From: Pristiophorus japonicus
Lineage: Eukaryota
NCBI RefSeq assembly: GCF_044704955.1
Contig: NC_091989.1
Location: forward strand, 46,500,001 to 46,564,000
Length of the DNA stretch: 64,000 nt
Reading direction: 5' to 3'
Below the pieces are notes generated by a model, which had not been told where the DNA came from, made no database searches, and worked only from the letters and a program-made list of their open reading frames with translations. The translations under genes were made by a program, and so were the position numbers. Of the stretch, positions 24,901 through 37,059 are shown piece after piece. Numbering within the stretch: position 1 is the stretch's first letter; every line of letters starts with the position of its first letter.

Positions 24901-25741
24901 ATCATTTTTAGTTTTGACCCCTCCTGCAGTCCCTTTACATTCAGTGGCCCTTTTTGTTTTTTGCCTTGGGTTTCTCTGCTCTCCACTTTTACTCATCTCC
25001 TTTCTGTCTTTTGCTTTCGTCTCCTTTTTGTTTCCCTCTGTCTCCCTGCATTGGTTCCCATCCCCCTGCCATATTAGTTTAACTCCTCCCCAACAGCACT
25101 AGCAAACACTCCCCCAAGGACATTGGTTCCGGTCCTGCCTCGGTGCAGACCGTCCGGTTTGTACTGGTCCCACCTCCCCCAGAACTGGTTCCAATGCCCC
25201 AGGAATTTGAATCCCTCCCTGCTGCACCACTGCTCAAGCCACGTATTCATCTGAGCTATCCTGCGATTCCTACTCTGACTAGCATGTGGCACTGGTAGCA
25301 ATCCTGAGATTACTACTTTTGAGGTCCTACGTTTTAATTTTGCTCCTAGCTCCTTAAATTCGTTTCGTAGGACTTCATCCCTTTTTTTACCTATATCGTT
25401 GGTACCAATGTGCACCACGACAACTGGCTGTTCACCCTCCCTTTTCAGAATGTCCTGCACCCGCTCCGAGACATCCTTGACATACCATTCTGCGGCCGCA
25501 GAAACGGCCATCTATTCCCCTTACAATCGAATCTCCCATCACTATTGCTCTCCCACTCTTTTTCCTGCCCTCCTGTGCAGCAGAGCCAGCCACGGTGCCA
25601 TGAACTTGGCTGCTGCTGCCCTCCCCTAATGAGTCATCCCTCTCAACAGTACTCAAAACGGTGTATCTGTTTTGCAGGGGGATGACCGCAGGGGACTCCT
25701 GCACTACCTTCCTTGCACTGCTCTTCCTGCTGGTCTTCCAT
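21965..25741 (-). mobile_element. Long CR1 LINE with ORF1 esterase (SGNH) remnant and frameshifted ORF2 (EN-RT)
   Basis: ORF1 pieces: GDSIVRG, VVVHIGTND, PDGLH (25074-25704). ORF2 pieces: YLNVRS, ITETW, GDFN, SDH, FADD (22059-24996). The 3' tail is (TTCTTAT). Confidence 0.96.
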
Positions 25742-25749
25742 TCCCTTTT

Positions 25750-26210
25750 GTATAAGGCTGATTATGTGTTGGGATGGTGTTCTAGAGGGGATTTGACTAC
25801 AAATCAAAGTAAGTTATTCTAGCCATGTTGCAACTGTTTTGTGCATCCTACCTTTCAGGAAATATTGATGCATTGCAGGGAGCTCAGAGAATTTAGCCCA
25901 GGATGATCCAAAGTCATAAAGACAGTCTCATAGCATTAACCTTGTTTTCACTCGAGGAAAGACTCAGACGAATCATGATCCAGAATTAGCATGGTGAGAG
26001 GAACACATATTATCGATTCCTGGAAGTTTTTAAAACTTGGTCTGTGAGCACAGTATTAGGGGACACAAGTACAAAATTGTGAGCCTGAAACAAGAATTGA
26101 GATTGCATCTCCCTCACCAACCCACAGGTTTGTGATGTTAAGTAAAATTGCAAAAGTAGTTCATGTTGCATCACTTAAAATCCTTAGAAAAAGAGGAATG
26201 AGAGCATTAT
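25750..26210 (+). mobile_element. Very old CR1 3' fragment
   Basis: Degenerate HLEY/KDI..L/GH..K-type segment recognisable at the nucleotide level. Confidence 0.45.
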
Positions 26211-26239
26211 AAGGATAAGAGATGGAAATAAGTAAAATA

Positions 26240-26745
26240 AAAGAACTTACATTTATATAGTGCCTTCCATGATCTCCAGAGATTTCAAATCATTTCACAA
26301 TTAATAGTGTTTTTGAATTCTTGTTAGTTGTAATGTATGAAACATAGCAGACTATCCGCACAGCAAGGTCCCACAAACAGCACTGAGTTAAATGACCAGA
26401 TGATCTGTTTTTTTTCGTGATGTTGGTTGAGGGATAAACGTTCACCAGCACCGGGTGAACTCACTGCTCTCTTTCAAATAATACTATGGAACTTTTAGTG
26501 TCCAGCTTAAAGGACAATTTAACATCTCATCTGAGAGGGCACCTCCGAGAGCACCACTGAAGTATTAGGCGACATCTTAAGGACAATTAGGGATGAGCAA
26601 TAAATGCTGGACTTGCCAGCAATGCCCACAAACCCTGAATGAATAAATTTTTTTTTTAAATTAAAAACATAAAAATTATATGCTCTAATCTCTCAAGTGT
26701 GACTTAAACTCCCAACCTTCTGTTTCAGAGACAAGGCTGCTGACA
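26240..26745 (-). mobile_element. Deu-domain SINE, with an L2-type tail fragment inside
   Basis: Reverse complement of the 11715-12040 core (cacagcaaggtcccacaaacagc..gttggttgagggataaa). Confidence 0.6.
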
Positions 26746-28011
26746 CTGACACCTTGAACGTGACAGTGCTGGAACTACCCAGAGGCAGCAACTGATTCAT
26801 ATTTGCAATGCAAGATTACATAGGTATGTCAGACTTAGGTTTAATTTGTCTTCAAAACCATTATTCGCAATTTTTTTTCCCTCCAGTGAAGGTTTTGATT
26901 TTGGAAATGGAACATGCTCTCAATGTTGAGGCAAGCAATATTAGGTTTAATATCAAACTTACACAATACTTTGTTCTCATCTTTTTAAGCACTCTTGTAC
27001 AGTTAAGTAGATATTGCAGTACAGCAGGTTTTTTCCTAAAAAGTCATCACTTGTTTGCCTTATCTTAGGCAATGTTTCTTCTTTGGCTTAGAAATTATCT
27101 TTTCCATTCATCTTTAGAAAACACAGTTTCCATTAGTGTCAGCAATACTTTTAAACATAAATGAACTGCCATAAAAAACAAACACATTAACAATCGAAAC
27201 ACTTCTATATTCTATTTTATTTTATATACTATAATGATGGAAACATACTTATCTGACTGAAATTAAGTTTTACAGTAGCTGTATTCTCAAGCCACTGAAT
27301 CACACAGATGTCTGTTCATGTTCTATTCAGAATTGTCGTAAAAAATACATTAATCTATCTTAAACTTCAACCACTCCTCTTGGGTAACATGATTTGGCAT
27401 GCTCCAGATACTTCTATTCCACAGACAAGTCCACTTTGCAAGGTAAGCCCATACTCTCTGCGATCCAAAACGTAACCTGATACAGTAAATAATCTTGGAT
27501 AGTAGGTCCAGAGGTGGGACAATGAACCCTACACACTAAAAATAGTGCACATCATCACCATATATTCTTGGGACCCGAAATTGGTCATTACATAAGGTCC
27601 GCCCATTTCTATGTCGTTTCAAACCACCAGCATACCGCCGAGATCGAAGAGCGCAATTTTTGGCAGTATGCAGCGGGCGGTAAATAACATTGTAGCCGAT
27701 CCAGATTGGCTTTGTCAATGGACGGTGCGGCACTGAACTGCGCATGCGCTATTTTTTTTCTTCGTTTTTTTCAGTAAAGCTTTTTACCCGTGATTTCGGA
27801 GGTCAAGCGTCACCCACGCATGCGCTGTGAGTTGAAGTCGAGGGAGAGAGAGTGTGAGAAGGAGCAGCAAGCTCGTCGAACGTCAGTTGGTTTAATAACA
27901 GATTGCAGAGTTAAAAAAATATTCATAACAAATAATAATTATGCAGCATCACCAATAAGACGACATATTTTACAAATCAAAAATCATAACAATATAAGTA
28001 TAATGGAAATG

Positions 28012-30200
28012 CTCAAAAACAAGTCGAAGTGCAGGAACATCAAGAAGGACGGGAGGTTGAGGGCGTCCGCCTTTGAAGAGATGGAGTTACCTGCCCTTCT
28101 GGAGAATATAACAGAGAGGTACTCCGACCTAACGAAGGGCAGTCGTGGAAAAATAACAAAATATGGTACGAGGTGTGCGCGCGAGAGGTGTGCGAGTGCA
28201 TGAGCGTGATATTTAAATGGAGTGAAGATTTTAACTTTAATTTACTTCACTTTCTGCAGAAGACATCTGCAATAACAGCAGATCAGCAGCGTACAGTGGG
28301 AGGACCCACAACCCAAAAGCCATTGCCAGAAATAGAGGTCCGTGCCCTGTCCCTGGTCGAGGATAGCAACCATTCCACCACCGGCGTTGGAGCTGATGCA
28401 CTAATTTGAATATGTAATGTAATGTAACTGTGACGAATGTTGGCCTGATGTGAAGTACTGCAATGTTGGGGACATGTAACGCAATCCATATATGTATTGT
28501 CTGTCTGCGATATGTAATGCAGTAATGCAGCAGTGGTGGACATTCATGTCATCATCATAGGCAGTCTCTCGAAATCAAGGAAGACTTGCTTCCACTCGAA
28601 AACTGAGTTCTCAGGTGACTGTACAGTCCAATACGGGAATTACAGTCTCAGTCACAGGTGGGACAGACAGTCATTGAAGGAAAGGGTGGGTGGGGAGTCT
28701 GGTTTGCCGCACACTCCTTCCGCTGTATGTGCTTGTTTTCTGCATGCTCTCGGCGACGAGACTCGAGGTGTTGAACGCCCTCCCGGATGCTCTTTGTCCA
28801 CTTCGGGCGGTCTTTGACCAGGGATTCCCAAGCATCGGTGGGGATGTTGTACTTTATCACGGAGGTTTTGAGGGTCCAAGCTTATGGTCAAGAGGGCTGT
28901 GGTGATACCCGCCCTCCTGTATGGTTCAGAGACGTGGACCATATACAGTCGACACCTCAAATGGCTGGAAAAATACCACCAATGATGTCTCTGCAAGATC
29001 CTGCAAATCCCAAGAAGATAGACGCACCGTCAGTGTTCTCCATCAGGCCAACATCCCCAGCATCGAAGCACTAACCACACTCAACCAGCTCCGTTGGGTG
29101 GGCCGCATTGTCCGCATGCCCGACACAAGACTCCCAAAGCAAGCGCTCTACTCGGAACTCCTACATGGCAGGCGATACCCAGGTGGGCAGAGGAAACGTT
29201 TCAAGGACACCCTCAGAGCCTCCTTGATTAAGTGCAACATTTAAGAAAGACGGCGCTCAGTCACTGTACTCTGTACTCATGCAACCCTGACCCCTCCCCG
29301 TGTGCCAAGCATTTGTAAATGTTGCTTTGCACTTCCAAATTCAGACAACACCTCCACAAAGAGACCAGATGACAGACCCACTGCCTCTACCTCTGGCGTC
29401 ACCCAGCTCTCTCCCGACTTCACCACTGACAGAGATGATAAAGACGAAGAGGAAGCGGAAGAGCCGCTGATCCTGGAGCCAATGGAGGTGGAGACCAGTT
29501 TTATGTGGGACAGCTGGAACATCCTCCACCACCGAGTCTATATTCAGGGGATTCTCCCATGGCTCCTCTGATTCTGCGGGACCAAGTGGGGTGCAACAAG
29601 GCACCCCCAGCGTTGCAGCGCCTTTGCCGCAGCGACGGAAGTTGGTGCAGAAAATGTCGGTTGCTGCATGACAGATAGGTGCGTACCAGGACATGGTGCA
29701 TCTGTCAAAGGCCAGTGTTGACATAGATCGAAAGCTGCTCAAGACCATGGCTATGATAGCCGCAAACATTGCGGCTCTATCAGAACGACAGTCGGAGGGT
29801 ATGTCGCATTCGATCACCACGATGAAGTGAACTACCGACTCTATCGATGCCATGCAGCAATCGATGGGATCGGGACATGGCGCATAATCCCCCCGTGCCA
29901 TAGTAGTCAGGTCGACAGCACCCGAGGGTGGGGAGCTACCAGCAATTTCCAACCCTGAAGTCGTGCCTTCCGGATTACGAGCTTCTCCTGAGGCCCCATT
30001 TATTGCGCCTGCAATGTCTGACCCCCGACAGCAACAGCACTCGGGGTGCAGTGCTGCACACCGGCTTGGTACCATTACGGGGAGGTCCGGGCTCAGGGCT
30101 CAGGGGCAGTGGGAAAGGGAAGGGCGAGAGTAAGAAGTGGGGGGGCGGGGGGGGACTTAGTCCCAAGGGTGGTGGAGCACGTGGTCGAGGTCAAGGACAG
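28012..30200 (+). pseudogene. Myb/SANT-like DNA-binding protein gene remnant of Harbinger 1 (multi-exon)
   Basis: RASAFEEMELPALLENITERYSDL is a Myb/SANT-like N-terminus. It is followed by a tttctgcAG acceptor (28259), TVGGP..LPEIEVRAL, and acidic and basic RG-rich later segments. Confidence 0.65.
28548..29240. mobile_element. RTE LINE insertion with inverted 5' segment
   Basis: The minus-strand 3' end with (CAT)n tail (28548-28875) is joined to a plus-strand upstream segment (28876-29240). Confidence 0.85.
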
Positions 30201-30461
30201 TAATGGGTCTTTTGTTGTAGTTGTTCATTTAATAATTGAAGTGTGATTTTAAAAGTTTATTCAAGTTGTTAAAGTTTTGTTAAAGCTGTTAAAGTTGTTA
30301 AAGTTGTTTTATAGTTCGGTTTTAAAATTGTTGTATACGTTTTACATTTTTACATTAATGTTTGAATTGAATTTAAGCACTCTTGTACAGTGTCAAATTT
30401 TTGGGGTAACAGTCATCAAGTTCCCAAAGAGCAACTCTCCACATTCAAGCAAAGCGTTCAT

Positions 30462-31500
30462 TTATGAGTTGCTGACGTAACAATTTTGCAGTAGCATACG
30501 CTCCACGTATCCTCGGGGGGGGGGGGGGGGGGGGCATGGGTTCATCTGCAAGCTCCTCCTCATCCTTTCCCCCCAATCCCTCTCCTCATTTTCCTCTTCC
30601 GTCTCCTGCGCACGCTGCTCAGGTGGTCTCGCAGTCCCCTGTGGCAATTCATGTCCCTGCACGATGGCTAAATTATGCAACATGCAGCACACCACTGTGA
30701 ACTGAGCAACCTGCTCAGGGTGGTATTGCAGCCTGCCTCCCGAGTGGTCCAAGCATCGAAAGCGCTGCTTCAGCACTCCAATTGTCTTTTCGATAATATT
30801 ATGTGTGGCTATATGATTCATTGTATCGTTGCTCGGCTTCTGTCTGAGGGTTCCGCAGGGGAGTCAAGAGCCAGTTGGCGAAGTCGTACCCTTTGTCCCC
30901 CAGCATCCAGCATTTACCGTGTGGCTCAGATAACAACAGATCAGATACAGTGCTCTCTCGCAAGATGTGCGCATCATGGATGTTCCCTGGAAAGTAGGCA
31001 TTCACTGCCATTATGCACTGTGTATAGTCGCATTCAAAGTGCACGTTGAGGGAGTGGAATCCCTTATGTTTTCAGTACACTTCCGCCTCCTGTAATGGTG
31101 CTCGCAGGGCAATATGGGTACAGTCAATAGCACCCTGCATCTTAGGAAAGCTGGCAATGCGTCCAAATCCCAAAGCCCTGTCACTCTGTGCCTCCCTGGT
31201 CATTGGGAAGTTAATAAATTCCATCCAGCGTGTATACAGTGATTCGGTTACCTGTCGAATGCACCAATGAGTAGCGTACTGCAAAGTGCAGCATATGTCC
31301 CCAGCTGATACCTGAAAAGAGCCACATGCATACAAAGGAAAGTGCCGCAGTCACCTTCATCTCGACAGTGCAGTAATGTTGGTGGTACTGGCTGCAGGTC
31401 TGCCTTAATGAGCTGGCAAATCTCATTGATCACCTCTTTTCGGAAGCGCATCCTTCGAACACACTGTCGATTTGCATCCTGCATTAGACAGGCTGAGATA
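30462..31500 (-). pseudogene. Harbinger (HARBI1-like DDE) transposase pseudogene
   Basis: Encodes FPKMQGAIDCTHI, GNIHDAHIL, LGDKGY, IEKTIGVLKQRFRCL and CCMLHN across several frames. Confidence 0.93.
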
Positions 31501-32079
31501 GTAGAGGCTCCCTTCTTTTTAAATCTCTAGAAGATTTTTCAATGAAAAAAGTATAACTAAATTGTCTTTGATCGTAATAATTTACTCAGTACCAATGAAA
31601 ATACCTTTCCCACTGTAAATCGTACTGTAAAGTCACTTTTCACCTCAGAAATAGAGGTGCTGCTTTAGCTGACTGCTCACAATTTCAAAATGGCGGCTCC
31701 GTGCACTATTACCCATTCCCACCCACTTAACGTCGCGCAAAACCACCTTTTCCAGAACGGTATGCAGCTCCGGTGGTATTTCGGCAGTATGCCATGAAAA
31801 TTGGACTTTTTGGGCGGCATGCGGGCGGTTCTGCACGGCGTGCATACCGCTCGGTGGTATGTCAATGATGAATATCCTGCCGGGCAGTATGTCGGCGATA
31901 TGTAGATATTTTTTCACCAAAATTTCATTTTTGGGCGGTAAGTCGATGAATTTCGGGCCCTTGGTCTCACTGTCTAAAAGAATAACAGTGACAATATACC
32001 TCAGTTTACAATTATGAAATTTAAGAGATTAAACAACAGCATGAGCAAGTGTAGCAAATTTCTCTATAATATAATTAAT

Positions 32080-32660
32080 TTGGAGAAACTTGTGCCTTCA
32101 TTTTCGGCGCTTTTCTCGTCGGTACAGCTGTTTTTTGATGAAAAACCGCCCGTGAAAATTTCCTTTTTTTTTATAAAAAAGAGTTCTGCCCACATTTTGA
32201 AAATACCGCCGGGGAGCAAACCGCTCACGTGCACCTGCATACACCGCCGAGAAAACCACCAGGATCTAAGTTTTGCCTCAATGGGGACCCATACAGACCG
32301 CCGAGGTAACTGCCCATGAAAAGCTGCCTGAAACAGCACGGTAGGACGAGTACCCTGCAAAGAAAGGTAAGTTCATGGTTTTTAAATAATTATTTTTAAA
32401 ATTCTAAAATGACGACTATGTTAAAAAGTGTCTTGAGAATGTGTTGTAACTTTCTGTTTTTTGTTCAAGTGGAAAAAATATTTTTTGAGTTTTCCTCCCT
32501 CCCTCGGCAGCCTCGGACTAAATTTTAAGTACTTACCGTCCATTCCGGGCGATATTTTTTTTACTTTTATTACGGAAATTTTCACCGGCGTTAGTTGCAG
32601 AACGTTAGCGGTGTTTCTGAGCGGCAATCGGGCGGTGAGGGGCTTTAGGGAAAGTCTAGC
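32080..32660. mobile_element. Degraded Harbinger-type MITE
   Basis: CpG-rich, with repeated ACCGCC motifs like the Harbinger 1 subtermini. Termini are eroded. Confidence 0.5.
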
Positions 32661-32749
32661 TCATCAAATGAAACTCATGCATATCTGAGAAGCAATGGTT
32701 TTATAGTTTGAGCAAGCATTTGTGAATGAGAGCACAAAGCATTGCTAAG

Positions 32750-33540
32750 ACTGAAGCTATCACCTCGCCAGCCGCCACAAACTCCGTACCCATTTAACCA
32801 ATTACATCTCCTCCCCGACCACTTTCTCAGGCTGAACTTGGCTTTTCATAACCTCAGCATCCTACTGAACCTCAGGCTGAGTTTCTGAACCCATACTTTC
32901 CATCATAAAAATCACTTCCTGCTAGCTCTATAATAATCGCCAGCCTCCACCTTGTCTCAGTCCATGTACTTTTGAAACCATCATTAGATTTCGTCATCTC
33001 CAGACTTGGCTATTCCAATGGTCTGCAGGCCAGCCTCCCATCCTCCACCCTCGAAACTTCAGGTTATCCAAAACTCTCCTGCCCACATCCTATCCCACAC
33101 CAAATCCTCTCCCATCAACCCTGACCTCACTGACCTATATTGGTAGCCAGTCCTACAATGCTTCACATTTACAATTTTCAACTTAGTGTTTGAATCCCTT
33201 CTTGCTGTCGCTCCTCCCAAACTCTGTAACCTCTGGCTGTCCAACACTCTCCCAAAACGCTTCATTAATATGACTCGAGCTCTTGTGCATTATCTTTCAC
33301 CCATTATTGGCTGCCATGCCTTCAGCCACCTAGGTCCTACACGTTGTAACTCCCTCCCTAAACTCTTCCATCTCTCATACTCCCTCTCCTCCTTGAAAAC
33401 CCTCCTTAAAACCCACCCCTTCAATCAAGCTCTTGTTCACCTCATCTAATATCTCCTCTTTTGGCTTGGCTTTCATTTTCTCCTATGCCTCAGGACTCTT
33501 TTTTTTTTTCTATATTAAAGACACTATATAAATACATTGT
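32750..33540 (+). mobile_element. L2-type LINE 3' fragment
   Basis: ISRLGYSN-like segment and LSSLKTLLKTHPFNQA terminal motif. Confidence 0.65.
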
Positions 33541-34609
33541 TGAAATACTTTATTCAATTCAAATACTCTGCAGCACTGTACTAGCCCAAAGTTCTTTGCC
33601 GCCCCGAGAAGTAGAAATGCGTAAAGAATCACTGCGACCAGCCAAAGTTATTCCTCTCAATGGGTCTGCACTGAGACAAAGGAAGATCCAAGATGTATTG
33701 ATTATGATTAAATAAAGCTATCAATCACAAAAAGACTTAAAAGACAGAGACTGCCTGAGTGATAGGAGCTTAGCAAACCACATTCCTTCAGGACAAATAA
33801 TGGACATCCTTTCAAAACAGAGCCAAATTGTGCATGCAAGATCCCCGCTGTAACAACTGCAAAGTTTATGGACAGATGTAGAAATGACCGATGGCCCAGT
33901 AGTCAAATGCTTACTGCTTCTATCACTTGGGTTGGCTTTGAGCCTTCTCACACTTTTTTTTTGGGGGGGGGTGGCGGGGGGAGGGGGAGGAAATACGGCC
34001 AGATAACCTCTATCCCACAGCAATTATGATGCATATTGCAATAAACAATATTCAAACTACAAACAAAAATAAAACAAAGTTACCCAAATGACACAGAGGA
34101 CTCCTGGTCCAGATTTGTCATCTGTCTATACTGACTGCAAGCAGCCATGCAGTAACAACTTTAAAGTGGTCACAATGCTGAAAAGCTATAAATTCCCATT
34201 AAGAATTATTCAAGAGTCTCATCAAATAAAATTGGATGTACCATTGATGAGTCACATCTAAGACGCAATTACTGTATTTCTTTTTAAAACAGTCCTTTGC
34301 TTCATTACTCTTACAAAGGCCATGTCCTAAGTATTACCAACAACATTAATGGTAATCATACAAAATTATGAACACAAAATCAAATCAATTAAAATAGTTA
34401 CTTTATGTAATTACTTCTACAAGATACAAAGCAGCTTAGCTTTAAATCACAATTCAAATGTTTACATCTGCCAGAAACTGCAAAATGCTTCAAGTTCTAA
34501 GTCACATACTGAAGGTACCGCCGGGAATCTATTGTTCTGTTTACAACAGAGAACAAGTCAATCTAGGTACTGTATGCAAAGACCGATGTACTCTGAGGAT
34601 AACAATATT

Positions 34610-34975
34610 ACTTTTATCAAGTTTGCAGCACAGAAGACCCATTGTGTCTGTGCCAGCTCAAAGAAAAACAAATTAATCCCAATGTCCAACTCTCTTCCCA
34701 TAGCCTCGTATCCATTCCTCAGTTTCAAATATTTTGCCATTTTTCTCTTAGAAGTTGCACTGGTCTCTGCCTTAGCCACTGCCTGTAACTAAGCATTCCA
34801 TGATCCAATAATCCGCTGTGTAAAGAAATGTCTTCTTTCCTCACTCAGTGACGATTTCCAATTGATAACCCACATCACCGACTCGCTAATGTGAGGAAAT
34901 AGACTTTCCATATTTACTGTATCAAAACCGTTCATGTCAAAAACCTCAAATCTCTTCTTGGTCTTCTCTGCTCCA
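34610..34975 (-). mobile_element. Old CR1 3' end
   Basis: Minus-strand RRHFFTQR..WNA motif and CR1 3' UTR remnants. Confidence 0.6.
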
Positions 34976-35269
34976 GTATCTTGTCGCTTCTCATGCAAGT
35001 CTTTTTCCTAACTTTGTTTAGATTTGGTTTGACAACAATAAATAAGGGGTGTGGCAGAGACTGGGGGTTGAGAGAGACTAATAAAATGTTTATTATAGTT
35101 CAGTAATGAAGGAGTAAATAAGGCTTTATTAGACCATTTAAATGATTGCCCAACACTAGAAAATACTATAATCCAGTTAAAAATACATCAAACTGTGGAG
35201 AACAATATCAAACAAACCTGTCAGCTCTGTGTACATACTGCCCACTTAAGATCTACTTAAAAGCACCTT

Positions 35270-35487
35270 CTCCAGCACTGCTTCCGGCGGTTGTCGTTGG
35301 TATATCATGAATTTTGCACTTTTGAGTATGCCGGCGGTCTGCATGGGCAGGCGGTGTGCATACCGCCCGGCGGTATACCACTGATGAATTTTCCGCCAAG
35401 CAGTATGTCGGCAGTATGTTGATGTTTTTTCACCAAAATTGCATTTTTGGGCGGTTAACGGGCGGTATGTCGATGAATTTCAGGCCC
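35270..35487. mobile_element. Harbinger right-end fragment related to 31780-31960
   Basis: Shares gtgcataccgc..gcagtatgtcggc..ttcaccaaaatt.catttttgggcggt..gtcgatgaatttc.ggccc. No left TIR was seen. Confidence 0.8.
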
Positions 35488-36409
35488 ATTGTATTTTTCA
35501 CAAATTTTAGTCCCAAAACTTTAAACCATGCATTTTACTTTAAAAAAAATGACGCCCTCTTTGTGCAGTGGCACATCTCTGCTTAGTTTTAGAATGCAGA
35601 GTTTGTACATTTAATCCATTCTATGAAATGGTTAAAAACTGCATTAATTAATCCCACTGGCTCATTTCAGATTGCCAACACGAACAGTGATTCGAGAAGA
35701 AATTATTTATTGCTTCAATACAGAGAAAGCACGAGTAACCCACAAAAGGAATAAGAACACTTTCGCACTCCAAGTGAAAACTAACACTGCACTGTTGATA
35801 TCCATCGCCCTGGACGTAAATCAAAAACGTGCAATATTTCTCCCCTGTCAGATGCAACAAACTGATTGGAAGTGAAAAGGAAATTTGGGAATGCTACAGG
35901 ATTTTCATAATGCTTCTGAATCTCCCCTTTACTCTGAGGGTTATTGCAATGTTGAAATTTGGAGCTGCAGACAAATAATTATGGGGTGAGGGAAAGACAC
36001 AAACTTCCGGGCAATAGTTGAGGGATTCAAAAGGTAAGAAAACGGGGAGAAAGTTAGATTAACTAATTTGTGGCACCTTCTTTAGGCTTGAATATACCAC
36101 AGTAAATTAGAGTGGACTCTTTGCCTAAAATATGATCTACCAAATACTAGATCTTCTCTGGCTGTAATTTTTTTTTTTAAAACAGCATTATCAGCAGATG
36201 GTCTGCTCCCCACTGGACAGTAGCCTTAAATCCTTGGCCAAGGATCACTAGAAAGCAGTATGCACATGTAACTTACAATACAGCCCCATATGTACAGGGT
36301 ATCAACAGTAGATTGTTGCAGAGTTTTTAGTCAAAATAATATTATGCACATTATTGTGTGCCCAAAAGAATGCCCGTCTCATTTGCAGCCTCCTTTGCCA
36401 GTCTCTTAC

Positions 36410-36963
36410 GGTTAGAATTTCCCCAGCCTAACGCACATTTTAAGTGCTTTTTTGTTCTTAAAATGAAGTGCACAAAATTCCCCAAATTTTAAGAATGGCA
36501 TTTTCAAAGTATCGCCCAAAAGCGGATTACCAATGCGCAACGCAAAATAAATCACACCGCCTAAGTTTGGCCATTTGGCGAACCCGTTTTGGGATTTTTT
36601 AAAAACGCACGAGAAAAGCAGGCGTTGCAGCCTCAGAAAGGTCAGTAAATAGAAAGATCTGCAAAAATGGTTAGTTAATTTTTAATTTTTTAAATCCTTT
36701 TGCAGTAATGACTTAGTTAAGGATCTTGTGAATGTTTTGTGATTTTTGCAATTGCCCCCCGCCCCCAGAGCCTGTATTTTTGCTGATGATAGGCCTCGGG
36801 CTAAAGTTGGCGAGCTCGCGGTTTTGTTGTGCAATGTCGTTTTTTAACGACAGGCGTACTTTGGTCAAATTTACCCCCTTAAAAAAAGTGCATTTTTATT
36901 CTTATCTTTTCACTAAAATGAAGTTATTTATCAAATAACAACAGGCTGGGGAATTTCTAGACC
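36410..36963. mobile_element. Harbinger-type MITE
   Basis: Imperfect TIRs GGTTAGAATTTCCCCAGCCT / AGGCTGGGGAATTTCTAGACC. Confidence 0.7.
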
Positions 36964-37059
36964 AAAGACTCTTTCTCCTAGTTTAGGAGCATTGTCATAC
37001 ATGGATGATTATCCACATTTACAGAATATGGAATAACACTGGGGGATTGACAATACTAT

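Larger units (their letters stand above)
27571..31960. mobile_element. Decayed autonomous-type PIF/Harbinger transposon 1 (convergent Myb/SANT-like gene and transposase)
   Basis: TIRs GGACCCGAAATT / AATTTCGGGCCC with 3-bp TSD TTG. Two convergent gene remnants; an RTE is inserted inside. Confidence 0.92.

Noticed and set aside
29341-30075. 244-aa minus-strand ORF
   Set aside because: It is antisense to the GC-rich last exon of the Harbinger Myb-like gene and has no recognisable motif.
30462-31500. Domesticated HARBI1 or NAIF1/MSANTD host genes (also 48897-53242)
   Set aside because: The frames are broken by stops, frameshifts and insertions, and they lie within TIR-bearing transposons.
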